Shown: positions 36,468 through 46,161 of the stretch, in pieces
Layout: each line of letters begins with the position of its first letter
Position numbering within the stretch: position 1 is the stretch's first letter
Source of the DNA: Chloroflexota bacterium
GTDB lineage: Bacteria; Chloroflexota; Limnocylindria; P2-11E; CF-107
Direction of reading: 5' to 3'
Assembly (NCBI GenBank): GCA_005881435.1
Contig: VBHP01000031.1
Location: 15,242 to 79,241 of the forward strand
DNA length: 64,000 nucleotides
Made by a program: the position numbers and the translations under genes
The notes under the pieces: model-generated
The model's input: only the letters and a program-made list of their open reading frames with translations
Told to the model about the DNA's origin: nothing
The model's database searches: none

Positions 36468-37487
36468 ATGCCAACGAAAAAAGGAACGGTCAAGGCCACA
36501 AAGGACACCGGCAAAAAGGCGCCGGCGCGCCGCTCGCGCAAGCCCCAGGAACCTCGCGGCCCGGAGCCGCACGAAAGTCTGATCGACTCCGGCGGTACGG
36601 ACATGGCGATGCTGTCCGCCCAGGTCGAGCAGGCCGGTGGGGCGGTCCTCGGCGCATATCGCGATCCGTACGCCGGGGCGCCGCTGCTGCTGGCTTCACT
36701 GCCGCTGCGCAAAGTGGAGCCGACGCCGTTCCAACGCGACCTGTCGAAGACGCATGCTGACCGCCTGATGGAAGCCATCGGCGCCGCCGGCCTGTTCCTC
36801 GATCCGGTCATCGCCTCACCGGCGGACGGCGGCTACTGGACCCCCAACGGCAGGCATCGTCTCGAGGCCGCGCGCCGGTTGGGGATGCGCGCGATCACCG
36901 CGCTCATCGTTCCGGACGAAAAGATCGCCTACCGCATCCTGGCGCTGAACACCGAGAAGGCGCACAACCTGCGCGATCGCTCCATGGAGGTCATCCGCAT
37001 GGCGCAGCGGCTGGCGAAAGAACAACCGAAGACGAAGGAAGCCGACCACGCGGTCACCTTCGAGTCGCCGGCGTTCCTCACGCTCGGCTCGGTCTACGAG
37101 CAGCGGACGCGCTTTGCCGGCTCGTCGTACCAATCGATGCTCCGACGGGTCGACCGTTTCCTCGATCAACCGCTCCCGAAAGCGCTGCGGCAGCGTGAGC
37201 AATGGGCGGTCCGCCTGATGGATATCGACGATCGCGTCGCGGCGCACGTGAAGACGATGCAGGAGCTGGGCTTCAAGAGCCCGTACCTGCGCGCGCTCAT
37301 CGTCGCGCGGTGCAATCCGGTGCGGTGGGTGCGCTTATCGACGAAGAAGGACGCGCCGCCGCCGATGTCGATGGCCGAGGCGCTGACGCGCATGGCCGCG
37401 AACGTCAGGAAGTTCGATCCCAAGAGCGTGAAACCGGGCGACCTCGCTCTCGTCGCCGCGATGTCGGGGTCGGCAGCGGAGGAGTAG
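36468..37487 (+). CDS. ParB/sulfiredoxin-fold nuclease-like domain protein with a lysine-rich (histone-H1-like) N-terminal tail
   Basis: ParB-type core DPVIASPADGGYWTPNGRHRLEAARRLG; N-terminus MPTKKGTVKATKDTGKKAPARRSRKPQ. Confidence 0.55.
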   Translation: MPTKKGTVKATKDTGKKAPARRSRKPQEPRGPEPHESLIDSGGTDMAMLSAQVEQAGGAVLGAYRDPYAGAPLLLASLPLRKVEPTPFQRDLSKTHADRLMEAIGAAGLFLDPVIASPADGGYWTPNGRHRLEAARRLGMRAITALIVPDEKIAYRILALNTEKAHNLRDRSMEVIRMAQRLAKEQPKTKEADHAVTFESPAFLTLGSVYEQRTRFAGSSYQSMLRRVDRFLDQPLPKALRQREQWAVRLMDIDDRVAAHVKTMQELGFKSPYLRALIVARCNPVRWVRLSTKKDAPPPMSMAEALTRMAANVRKFDPKSVKPGDLALVAAMSGSAAEE

Positions 37488-37490
37488 CGG

Positions 37491-38102
37491 CTAGCGGAGC
37501 CCTTCCGCCACGAATGCGGCGATGAGCTCCAGGACCTCTTCTCCGTACTTGGCTTTGAACATCGCCTTCGAATGCTCTCGCCCGGGAAACAGGCGCAGCG
37601 TCTTCGGCTCCTCGGCATCGGTGAAGGCCTGCGTCACCGCGGCCGCCGCGCCGAGCGAGTCGCGCTCGGCGCAGACGAAAAGCTTGCGCCCGAGGATCCG
37701 TTTCGCGTCGCCGTCAGAGAGCGCCCGGACCGGCGCGCTGATGGCGACGACGGATTCGGGCGACACGGCGGCGGAAGCCATCAGCACCGCATGCCCGCCC
37801 ATCGACGCTCCGACCAACGCGACTTCACGCGCGCCGCTGGAGCGAAGCCAGGCCGCGGCATTCCGCACATCGACGGGCGCGCTGTTGCGGTTCGTCCTGC
37901 CGCTCGAGCCGTCATAGCCGCGAAAGTTCAGGGCCAGGACGGCGAGGCCGCGCTTGGTGAAGCGGCCGGGGATTTCGCCCCAGCCCGAGGCATCCCAGTT
38001 CGCGCCGTGACACAGCAGCGCGGCACGTGAGGACGGCAACTCGCCGTGGAGCGCGGCGACCAGCGTCGCGCCCTCCGATTCGAGCCGGACCTCACGCGCC
38101 AC
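37491..38102 (-). CDS. Alpha/beta hydrolase (dienelactone-hydrolase-like)
   Basis: Nucleophile elbow GASMGG, about 200 aa. Confidence 0.7.
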   Translation of the reverse strand: MAREVRLESEGATLVAALHGELPSSRAALLCHGANWDASGWGEIPGRFTKRGLAVLALNFRGYDGSSGRTNRNSAPVDVRNAAAWLRSSGAREVALVGASMGGHAVLMASAAVSPESVVAISAPVRALSDGDAKRILGRKLFVCAERDSLGAAAAVTQAFTDAEEPKTLRLFPGREHSKAMFKAKYGEEVLELIAAFVAEGLR

Positions 38103-38136
38103 ATGGAGAGCATCGCACGCGAGGACGTGTCGCGGG

Positions 38137-38598
38137 CTAGGCCTCGCCTCGAGCGCCGGCTCGCCACAACATCAGACCGCTGGCCGTCAGCATCGTCAGC
38201 AGCATCGCGACGGGAATCGCGGCCGCGAGATCGAGTCCGAGGGCCATGTAGGGCGTGTACTGCGCGAGTCCGAGCGCGTCCCGATCGACCGCGCGTGCCG
38301 CGACGACGACGAGGACGACGAACGCCAGCACGAGCACGATCAGCGAAAAGAATCGAGTCGGGATCTGCGGCAGCTTCGCACCGCGGGGCAGGCTCAGCAG
38401 CAGACCGGCGAGGAGCAGTGCGCCGCAGGTCGGCAGATAGACCGTGCCGAGCAGCTCGAGCAGCCAGTAGAACGTCGAACCGTCGCCGGTCGCGCGCAGG
38501 TGTTCGAATGCGACGGCGAGGTCGAAGGCCCGGGCGATCGACAGCCCGAGCGCGACGAGACCAGCGAGGGCCAACAGTTGCGCAAGGGTGTGCTTCAT
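38137..38598 (-). CDS. Hypothetical membrane protein
   Basis: Start at the internal ATG (MKHTLAQLLALAG); 4 predicted TM helices. Confidence 0.4.
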   Translation of the reverse strand: MKHTLAQLLALAGLVALGLSIARAFDLAVAFEHLRATGDGSTFYWLLELLGTVYLPTCGALLLAGLLLSLPRGAKLPQIPTRFFSLIVLVLAFVVLVVVAARAVDRDALGLAQYTPYMALGLDLAAAIPVAMLLTMLTASGLMLWRAGARGEA

Positions 38599-38647
38599 GG
38601 CGACACGCTCGCCCAAAAGTGCGGTTGGGCGCAATCCGTGATCGGTA

Positions 38648-41035
38648 CTAGCCCGATCGTCCTCCCGCGCCGTCATGTCGCGACGCCGCATCGGCGGCCT
38701 GGCGCAGCTTGGCCAGCCGCTGCGGGCGCTCGCGGGCAAAGCGCTCGACGCCGGCAAGGAGATGTTCGGGATCAAGATGGGCCTCGGCGATGACCTCGTC
38801 GACCGTCCCGCCGGTGCGCCAGCGCGCGTCCCAGTCGGACGTCAGCGAATACTCCGCGACGACGTCGTTCTTGATCCAGTCACGCATCGTGCGCAACGCG
38901 CGATTGGTGATCGTCATGGCGTCGTGCCAGTCGGCGAGCGAGACAGTCCGTTCGCGGTATGCGGCGTCCTGCAGCGCGAAGAGCTGCGGGCTGATCGCGG
39001 CCACGATCTTGACGTTCAGCCCCCTCTCGTCGAGCTTCGGGAGCAGCTTCACCAGGTTCGCCGTCGTCATCGTGCCCTGCACGAAGATCGCGCCGTGACG
39101 CTCGCCGGGCTTGAACTCACGCATCACGTACGCGCCGCGCGCGGCGGCGAAGTGCGACGGCATGCCGAGCGCGGCGCGATCGGGGATCTCGATCGCCGGA
39201 CGCGTCAGGTGCAGGGCGACGATCGGGGCGTTCTCGCGAAAGGCCGCCGCCAGCACGACGGGGACCTCGTTGTGCTCCCACGGATGCACGTCGATGACGT
39301 GTCCATCGGGGAAAAGCTGCGTCACGCCGGTCTCGAAGATGCCGAAGTGCGTCCGCGAGTCCTCCGCGGTCTCCGGGCCGGAGTGGCCCGCTACCCACAG
39401 CACCTTGCCCACTTTTAGCTCGCAGTCCTGCGCCAGTTGGCTGAACAGCCGCATCTCGCCGTACTTCAAATAGGAGAAGGAGCCGTACGTCGAGCACGCG
39501 CCGTAGAAGCCGTCGAACTCGCTGAACGGGTCCGCGCCCAGGTTGACCGAGGCGATGCCGCAGGCGACGCCGGCGTTGGTGAACTCGGTGATCTGCTGCG
39601 GCAGCAGCGTGCCGCGCGGATTGCGCTCGCGCTCGTACCAGCCCCAGCCCTCGACGTCGTCGAAGCCCTTCATGAAGCCGGCGATGTTCGTCGACTCGGC
39701 CAAGTCCGCCGACATCGCGATGAAGAGCGGACGGCCGTATTCCTTCCTCGCGAAGGAGTTGATCCACGAGCCCCAGGTCGAGAACGCCGCGCGGTTCGCC
39801 TTCTTCTCGCCGGGTTTGGCCCACACCGAGTCCGGATAGCGCTCGAAGTCGTACAGGCGCTCGTCGGCGAAGATCCGCTGGGCCCTGCCACCGAGATTGA
39901 AGCTCGGCAGACGCTCCGGGACTTCGGACGCGACCTCCGCCAGCCGGTCGCTCAGGTACTCCACCAGCAGGGCGTCGTCACGCATGACGCCGATCGCGAC
40001 CTCGAAGTTGCGGCGGGCCTGGCGCTTCAGCTCCGCCGGGTCCTTGGGCGGCGGCTGATCGACGCCTTCGTACGCGACACCGTATTTCGCCATGAACTGC
40101 TTGCGCACCGCCCAGAAGGGTTCGCTGTTCATCGGATGCGGCGTGCCGTGCGACTTGTAGTCGTACTTGCCGTAGCCGCGGCCCTTGCGCGTCTTGAACC
40201 ATGCCATGCTCGGCGTCTTCGAGGGGTTGTCACCCCGCGCCAGCTCGAGCACCGTGCGCGTGACCTCGTCCCACTCCGAGCCGTGCTCCGTGCCCATCAC
40301 GCGCCAGCCGTACGGCGCGAACCAGTCCTCCGGCACGCCGTGCACGACCGAGGACAGCGCGTTCTCGTCGATGCCGAAGTCGTTCCAGTCGACCAGGAAG
40401 GCGAGGTTCGACAGGCCCAGTCCCCACGCCGAGTTCTTGCTCTCGTGTGCCGCGCCGGGCGTGAGTCCGCCCTCGCCCTCGAAGACGAAGACCTTGACCT
40501 CTTCGGCGCCGGCGAGACGGAGCGCGACCGCCTGCCCGACCGACGGCGGCATGCCGTGCCCCGACGGTCCGGTGTTGGCCTTCAGAAAGAGGGTCTTGCC
40601 GGCGAACTCGGCATGCCCCGGCAATCCCTGATTGCGGCGGAGGAGGAGCAGGTCCTCCCAGGTGAGCGCGAACCTGCCGTCGAAGGGGAAGGCGAACGCC
40701 GGATCGCCGTCGCTGGCCCGGCGTGCGCGCATGGCCTCGTTCAGCACGGCCAGGGTGGCGTAGACCAACGGCACGGTATGACCGGCGGAGAGCACAAAGC
40801 GGTCGGCGAAGGGGCGCCACGGCTGCAGCACGTCCCAGCGCATCGCGCCCGACAGCATCAGCGACAGCAGCATGTGGACTTTGGACCGCGAGCCACCGGG
40901 ATGCCCGGACTGCCGGTAATTCAGCGCGAGGTCGATCATCTCGTCGACCAGGTCCTTGGTCTTCTCCCAGTGTGCGAACGCGCGCTCGGCGCGCGCGTAC
41001 AGGGCCGGAACCGTGCGTTCCTGGAGCGTCGCCAC
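38648..41035 (-). CDS. Transketolase-family thiamine-diphosphate-dependent enzyme (unusually long, 795 aa)
   Basis: TK N-terminal motifs SGHPGGS, DRFVLSAGH, TGPSGHG(M)P; long insertions relative to the canonical transketolase of about 660 aa. Confidence 0.65.
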   Translation of the reverse strand: MATLQERTVPALYARAERAFAHWEKTKDLVDEMIDLALNYRQSGHPGGSRSKVHMLLSLMLSGAMRWDVLQPWRPFADRFVLSAGHTVPLVYATLAVLNEAMRARRASDGDPAFAFPFDGRFALTWEDLLLLRRNQGLPGHAEFAGKTLFLKANTGPSGHGMPPSVGQAVALRLAGAEEVKVFVFEGEGGLTPGAAHESKNSAWGLGLSNLAFLVDWNDFGIDENALSSVVHGVPEDWFAPYGWRVMGTEHGSEWDEVTRTVLELARGDNPSKTPSMAWFKTRKGRGYGKYDYKSHGTPHPMNSEPFWAVRKQFMAKYGVAYEGVDQPPPKDPAELKRQARRNFEVAIGVMRDDALLVEYLSDRLAEVASEVPERLPSFNLGGRAQRIFADERLYDFERYPDSVWAKPGEKKANRAAFSTWGSWINSFARKEYGRPLFIAMSADLAESTNIAGFMKGFDDVEGWGWYERERNPRGTLLPQQITEFTNAGVACGIASVNLGADPFSEFDGFYGACSTYGSFSYLKYGEMRLFSQLAQDCELKVGKVLWVAGHSGPETAEDSRTHFGIFETGVTQLFPDGHVIDVHPWEHNEVPVVLAAAFRENAPIVALHLTRPAIEIPDRAALGMPSHFAAARGAYVMREFKPGERHGAIFVQGTMTTANLVKLLPKLDERGLNVKIVAAISPQLFALQDAAYRERTVSLADWHDAMTITNRALRTMRDWIKNDVVAEYSLTSDWDARWRTGGTVDEVIAEAHLDPEHLLAGVERFARERPQRLAKLRQAADAASRHDGAGGRSG

Positions 41036-41083
41036 GGGTAAAGACTAAACGGACGAGCGACGCCACACATACAGTGGCGTGCC

Positions 41084-41893
41084 GTGAAACGCGACCGTGT
41101 CGTCGAGCACAACCGACGCATGTGGGATCGACTCGCGAAGGCCGGCATTCCGTACACGCGGCCGCTCGGCCGGCCGCCGCGTTCGCGCGAGGGCATGCGG
41201 CGCTTCATCGATCCGCGCGGCCGGCTTCGCGCCGTGACGCTCGCGGGCGCTCGCGTCCTGGCGCTCGCGGCCGGAGGCGGCTGGGACCCGGTGGTGTTCG
41301 CCAAGCTCGGCGCCGCCGTAACGCTGCTCGACATCTCCACGCGCCAGCTTCGAACGGTGCGCGAGCTGGCGAAGCGCGAGGGCGTGCGGATGCGATTCGT
41401 GCAGGGCGACATGCGGGACCTGTCGCGGTTCGAGGCCGGGTCTTTCGATCTGGTCTGGCACTGCCACTCGCTCGTCTTCGTGCGCCAGGCGGCGCGAGTG
41501 ATCCGCGAGGTCGCCCGGGTCCTTGCTCCCGGCGGCATCTACGTGCTGTCGACGATGCATCCGACGACGCTCCGGCTGTACGGCACCTATCGCGACGGCG
41601 GCTGGCGGCCCCGGACCTCGTACTTCGACGACAGCGCCGTCCCCCACTACACGGTGGAGGACGCGACCTGGGATTTCGGGGAGACGAAGGTGTACGCGCC
41701 GACGATCGAATTCGGTCATACGTTCGAAACGATCATCAACGCCTTGTCCGGCGCGGACCTCGTGACCGAGGGCCTCTGGGAGTTCTCGCCGAATCCGCCC
41801 GATCCCGAGGCGGCTCCGGGCAGCGACGACCACCTGGAAACACTCTTCCCGGCCTTCATCGAGGTCCGCGCCCGGAAGAACAAGCGGCCCTAG
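41084..41893 (+). CDS. Class I SAM-dependent methyltransferase
   Basis: Motif I VLALAAGGG and motif post-I LLDIS. Confidence 0.75.
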   Translation: MKRDRVVEHNRRMWDRLAKAGIPYTRPLGRPPRSREGMRRFIDPRGRLRAVTLAGARVLALAAGGGWDPVVFAKLGAAVTLLDISTRQLRTVRELAKREGVRMRFVQGDMRDLSRFEAGSFDLVWHCHSLVFVRQAARVIREVARVLAPGGIYVLSTMHPTTLRLYGTYRDGGWRPRTSYFDDSAVPHYTVEDATWDFGETKVYAPTIEFGHTFETIINALSGADLVTEGLWEFSPNPPDPEAAPGSDDHLETLFPAFIEVRARKNKRP

Positions 41894-41924
41894 CGCGTCT
41901 GTCGGGCTAACATGCGAGGTCCTC

Positions 41925-43376
41925 GTGGGGAGCTTCCGGGTGCCGCGCCTATCCGCGGTCGTTGCCGCCTGCGCTGCCGGTGCCGTGTCGATCGTCGCCG
42001 TCGCCGTCGTCGTCATCGCGATCCAGTTCACGCGAACAATCGTCAGCGTTTCGAGTGATCCATTGCGCGATCTCGACGTGCGCGTGGTGCCGTCGCAGAC
42101 ACCGTCGAGCGGAGTCACAGGAATGATCGCGCGCGGCGAGCGGATCAATGTGCTGCTGCTCGGATATGGCGGCGCGGGTCATGACGGCGCGTTCCTGACC
42201 GACAGCCTGATGATCGCGTCGATCGAGCCACAGACGGCGGCGGTCACGTTGTTCTCGATCCCAAGGGACCTGTGGGTGACGATCTCGAAGAGCAAGTACT
42301 CGGGAACGTTCGAGGCCAAGATCAACGAAGCATTCTCGGTCGGAGCCAGCGCCGGCGACAGGGACGAAGGCATCCGCGTCGCCGTCGCCACGATCGAAAG
42401 CGTGCTCGGCATCCCGATCGATCGCACCATCGCGTTGGACTTCCGCGCCTTCCGCACGGTCGTCGACGCGATCGGCGGCATCGACGTCACCGTCGATCGC
42501 TCCTTCGTCTCGATGTACCCGAAGAACGACGACCCGAGCGTCGACGCTTCGTGGATCGAGATCTCGTTCGCCGCCGGGGCGCAGCACATGGACGGCGAGA
42601 CGGCGCTCCGTTACGCCCGTGCCCGATACAGCGACGGCCCGGAAGGCTCCGACTTCGCGCGCGCGAAGCGGCAGCAGAAGGTGATCCTCGGGGCGAAGGA
42701 CCGGATCGTGTCCGCCGACGTCTTCACCAAGCTCTTCGGCCTGACGGAAGCATTGCGCGACAACGTGCGGACCGACCTCTCGCTCTCGGACATCCAGGCG
42801 CTGGCGTCGTTCGCGCGAGCCTACGACGACGAGCGGACGGTCAAGGCCGCCCTCTCCACCGACAACGTCTTGCAGAACGGCTACAGCAAGCAAACCGGCT
42901 ACGCGTTGTGGCCGAAGGTTGAGGGCTGGCGCGAGGTGCACGCGTACGCGGAGCGCGCGATCGGATTCTCGGCGAGCCTGTCAGAGAACCCGCAGATCGT
43001 CGTGCTCGTGTCCGGGGAGCGCGTGGCGATCGGAGCGCAAGCCGCGCGGCGCCTCACCGACCTCGGCCTGCGGGCTCGTGTCGATGCCACCGACAGCGAA
43101 GCGCCGGCGGGGACGACGATCAGCGAGGCCATCAGCGTCGCCGACTCGACGGCGCAGTTCCTGTCGGACTACTTCACCGACTCGCTGATCGCGACCGCGA
43201 GCGCTCCGGGGCTGATCGTGATCAGGCTCGGCCTGGACTGGGCGCCACCGCTCGAGTTTGCCGCGCCGAATGAGGCGCCCACGCCGACGCCCGGGGCGAC
43301 GCCTGAGCCGGAACGGATCGCGGTGCCGACGCTACGGGCAAATGCTCCGCCGACCCGGCCGACGCCGAAGCGCTAG
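41925..43376 (+). CDS. LCP-family (LytR-CpsA-Psr) cell-envelope glycopolymer transferase
   Basis: N-terminal TM anchor, LCP core LLLGYGGAGHDGAFLTDSLM, LytR_C domain, Pro-rich C-terminal tail. Confidence 0.8.
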   Translation: MGSFRVPRLSAVVAACAAGAVSIVAVAVVVIAIQFTRTIVSVSSDPLRDLDVRVVPSQTPSSGVTGMIARGERINVLLLGYGGAGHDGAFLTDSLMIASIEPQTAAVTLFSIPRDLWVTISKSKYSGTFEAKINEAFSVGASAGDRDEGIRVAVATIESVLGIPIDRTIALDFRAFRTVVDAIGGIDVTVDRSFVSMYPKNDDPSVDASWIEISFAAGAQHMDGETALRYARARYSDGPEGSDFARAKRQQKVILGAKDRIVSADVFTKLFGLTEALRDNVRTDLSLSDIQALASFARAYDDERTVKAALSTDNVLQNGYSKQTGYALWPKVEGWREVHAYAERAIGFSASLSENPQIVVLVSGERVAIGAQAARRLTDLGLRARVDATDSEAPAGTTISEAISVADSTAQFLSDYFTDSLIATASAPGLIVIRLGLDWAPPLEFAAPNEAPTPTPGATPEPERIAVPTLRANAPPTRPTPKR

Positions 43377-43708
43377 GCCGACGCCTGTGGCGGCCGCAGC
43401 CGCTCCGCCGCCTCGCGGCTGGCCTCGGCGTACTGCTGCGCCATCTCCATCAGCTTGCGGCCGGCGGTCGGGATGTTGATCGCCCAGCCGACCCCGACCA
43501 CATGCTCGCTGAACACCCGATCCGAGTCCGGATTCCAGTACGCCTTTCGGATCTTCGCCAGCGTCGGAACGCGGAAGTCATACGGCACCATGCCGGCGAC
43601 CCTTCCGTGCCAGGTGCGCAGGGTCGGGGGCTTCTTCAGCTCCTGGTATACCGCCGCGGCGACGGTCGCCCAGAACAGCAATCGCGCGGCCTTGAACAGA
43701 TCACGCAC
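43373..43708 (-). CDS. Small hypothetical protein (one TM helix; YWNPDSDR...VGWAINIP motif)
   Basis: GTG start with GGGAGGAG Shine-Dalgarno 6 nt upstream; overlaps the upstream gene's stop by 8 nt. Confidence 0.35.
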   Translation of the reverse strand: MRDLFKAARLLFWATVAAAVYQELKKPPTLRTWHGRVAGMVPYDFRVPTLAKIRKAYWNPDSDRVFSEHVVGVGWAINIPTAGRKLMEMAQQYAEASREAAERLRPPQASA

Positions 43709-44312
43709 TTCGTGCTCCTCCCTTTGTACCGAACACGCCCGCAGGCGTCGTGCCAGGCTTGACCGCGGCGATGCCGCGGTCGCAGAGCGGACATGCGGCG
43801 GGGTCGAACGTTTCGATCGTCGTCGTCCACAGCGCGAGCAAGGGCACGCCGCCAAGATCCGCACCGCCGGAGCGATCTACGAGCACGGCCACTTGCGCCG
43901 CCTTCCCACCGGATCGACGGACCGCGTCGAGCGTCTCGCTGACCGAGCCTCCGGTCGAAAGGATGTCGTCCACTACCAGCACTCGGTCCGACGTCGTGAT
44001 CGTTTGGCCACGGCGGAAGGCGCGACCGGCACGTCCGTCCTCGCGCTCCGCGAACAGCGCGCGGCTGCCGATCTGGCGGCCCACTTCGTGCGCGAGAATC
44101 ATGCCGCCCGTGGTCGGACCGACGACGACGTCGATCGGATCGCGCAATCGCTCGACGATCGCGGCACACAGACGCTCGGTCAGTCGCGGGTGTTCGAAGA
44201 TGCGGAACTTCTCCAGGTATCGGGCCGAATGCCTCCCGGAGGAGAGCACGAAATGGCCTTCGAGCAAGGCTCCGGCTTCGCGAAAGATGCGCTCGACTTC
44301 GTCCGGCGTCAT
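43701..44312 (-). CDS. Type I phosphoribosyltransferase (orotate-PRTase-like)
   Basis: PRPP-binding motif VLVVDDILSTGGS. Confidence 0.7.
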   Translation of the reverse strand: MTPDEVERIFREAGALLEGHFVLSSGRHSARYLEKFRIFEHPRLTERLCAAIVERLRDPIDVVVGPTTGGMILAHEVGRQIGSRALFAEREDGRAGRAFRRGQTITTSDRVLVVDDILSTGGSVSETLDAVRRSGGKAAQVAVLVDRSGGADLGGVPLLALWTTTIETFDPAACPLCDRGIAAVKPGTTPAGVFGTKGGARSA

Positions 44313-44350
44313 CGCGCGAATGATGTCATCCTCTTCGCGCACGAGCGCGC

Positions 44351-44992
44351 GTGAAGATCATCGACGTCACTCTGACGCTGCGACCTGACATGCCGACGTG
44401 GCCGGGACAACCCGCGCCGTCGTTGACGCCGCACTCGCGCATCGCGCAGGGCGGCTCCTCGAATGTCTCGATCCTCAGCCTTGGCGACCACACCGGCACG
44501 CACGTCGATCCGCCGCTGCACATGCTCGAGGGCGGATACGCCGCCGAGCGGCTGCCGCTGCCGCCGATGTTCGGTCTGTGCCGCGTGCTGCGCTACGACG
44601 GTGATGGACACATCGGTGCCGCCTGGCTCGAGCGGCAGTCACTGCCATCGTCGGTGTCGCGCGTGCTTTTTCGCACCAGAAACAGCGAGCACTGGCGGCG
44701 TGGTGACAATGAGTTCGACAAGACCTTCACCGCCCTGGATCCAACCGCGGGCGCGTGGCTTGCCGCTCGCGACATCGTCCTCGTCGGCGTCGACTATCTC
44801 TCGATCGAGCCATTCGGCTCGAGCCCGATCGGCCATCCGGTGCACAAAGCGTTGCTCGGCAAAGGCGTGATCGTCGTCGAAGGCCTGGACCTCCACGAGG
44901 TCGATCCGGGCGACTACGACATCGCCTGCCTGCCCTTGAAGATCCTGGCTGGAGACGGCGCGCCCGCCCGCGTCGTGCTGATGCGCCGATGA
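44351..44992 (+). CDS. Cyclase-family protein (kynurenine formamidase / arylformamidase-like)
   Basis: HTGTHVDPPLH metal-binding motif. Confidence 0.75.
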   Translation: MKIIDVTLTLRPDMPTWPGQPAPSLTPHSRIAQGGSSNVSILSLGDHTGTHVDPPLHMLEGGYAAERLPLPPMFGLCRVLRYDGDGHIGAAWLERQSLPSSVSRVLFRTRNSEHWRRGDNEFDKTFTALDPTAGAWLAARDIVLVGVDYLSIEPFGSSPIGHPVHKALLGKGVIVVEGLDLHEVDPGDYDIACLPLKILAGDGAPARVVLMRR

Positions 44993-46161
44993 GCGACGCC
45001 TACACGCCGCGACGCGATGATCGTTTCACCTGCGGACTGTGGTGCACGGCGTACGGCGGCCGCGAGGTGTTCGGCCGCGAGGTGCGACCGGCACTGGATC
45101 CGATCGAGAACATCCGCGGGCTCGCGAAGGTCGGCTGCTACGGCTTCAACTTCCACGATGACGACCTCGTGCCATTCGGAGCGCCACTCTCGGAGCGCGA
45201 CGAGATCGTCAAGCGTGCGAAGGCGGCAATGCGCGACGAAGGCATCGTCAACGCCATGGTCACCTGCAACATGTTCGAGCACCCGGTGTTCAAGGATGGC
45301 GCGCTGACCTCGAACGACGTGCGTATCCGGGCCTACGCGCTGCAGAAAGCGATGCGGGCGATCGATCTCGGCGCCGAGCTCGGCGCGAAGGTGTACGTGA
45401 TGTGGGGTGGCCGCGAGGGCCTCGAGGTCGAGGCGTCGAAGGATCCGCGGGAGTCCATCAAGCGCTACCGCGAAGGCGTGGAGTTCCTGGGGCACTACAT
45501 TCTCGAGAACAACTACGGCATGCGCGTGGCCATGGAACCGAAGCCGAACGAGCCGCGCGGCGACATCTTCCTGGCGAGCGTCGGCCACATCCTCGGCTTC
45601 ATCGCCACGCTCGACCGCACGGTGCAGCCGATCGTCGGCGTGAATCCCGAGATACAGCACTCGCGCATGGCCGGCCTGAACACGGTGCACGAGCTGGGAC
45701 AGGCCCTCGAGGCGGGAAAGCTTTTCCACCTCGATTTGGGCGCGCAGAAGCCGACCCGTTACGACCAGGACCTGCGCTTCGGGTCGGAAGACATGAAGGA
45801 GACGTTCTTCATCGTGCATCTGCTCGAGTCGACCTGGTGGGACGGCACGCGGGCGTTCGACGTGAAACCGTACCGACAGGATTCGGCCGACGAGGTCTGG
45901 GATCTCGTACGCGGCTGCATCCGCAGCTACCTCATCCTGCGCGAGCGCGCCAAGCGGTTCGACGCCGATGCCGAGATCCAGCAGCTGCTGCAGGCCCTTC
46001 AGGTGACCGATGGGGAGCTCGGCGCGCTCCTGAAGTGGTCGCCCCAGAACGCGAAGGCGCTCAAGGAGCGCCGCTTCGATCCCGACGATCTGGCGCGGCG
46101 CCGGCTGAACTACCAGCGCCTGGACCAGCTCGTGTTCGAGCTGCTTGCGGGCGTGCGCTGA
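44989..46161 (+). CDS. xylA: Xylose isomerase (actinobacterial type)
   Basis: DRFTCGLW N-terminus and MEPKPNEPRGDI signature; ATGA overlap with the upstream cyclase gene. Confidence 0.9.
   Translation: MSDAYTPRRDDRFTCGLWCTAYGGREVFGREVRPALDPIENIRGLAKVGCYGFNFHDDDLVPFGAPLSERDEIVKRAKAAMRDEGIVNAMVTCNMFEHPVFKDGALTSNDVRIRAYALQKAMRAIDLGAELGAKVYVMWGGREGLEVEASKDPRESIKRYREGVEFLGHYILENNYGMRVAMEPKPNEPRGDIFLASVGHILGFIATLDRTVQPIVGVNPEIQHSRMAGLNTVHELGQALEAGKLFHLDLGAQKPTRYDQDLRFGSEDMKETFFIVHLLESTWWDGTRAFDVKPYRQDSADEVWDLVRGCIRSYLILRERAKRFDADAEIQQLLQALQVTDGELGALLKWSPQNAKALKERRFDPDDLARRRLNYQRLDQLVFELLAGVR

Noticed and set aside
36300-36500. Possible integrative element at tRNA-Lys
   Set aside because: No integrase, excisionase or direct repeat of the tRNA 3' end was seen within the window. 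Flanking genes look chromosomal; only the ParB-like gene is noted as unusual.
45402-46157. 5' part of ORF 45402..47222
   Set aside because: It overlaps xylA in a different frame; only the part after the xylA stop shows M24 peptidase similarity. The true start is uncertain because no ATG/GTG lies near the expected N-terminus.
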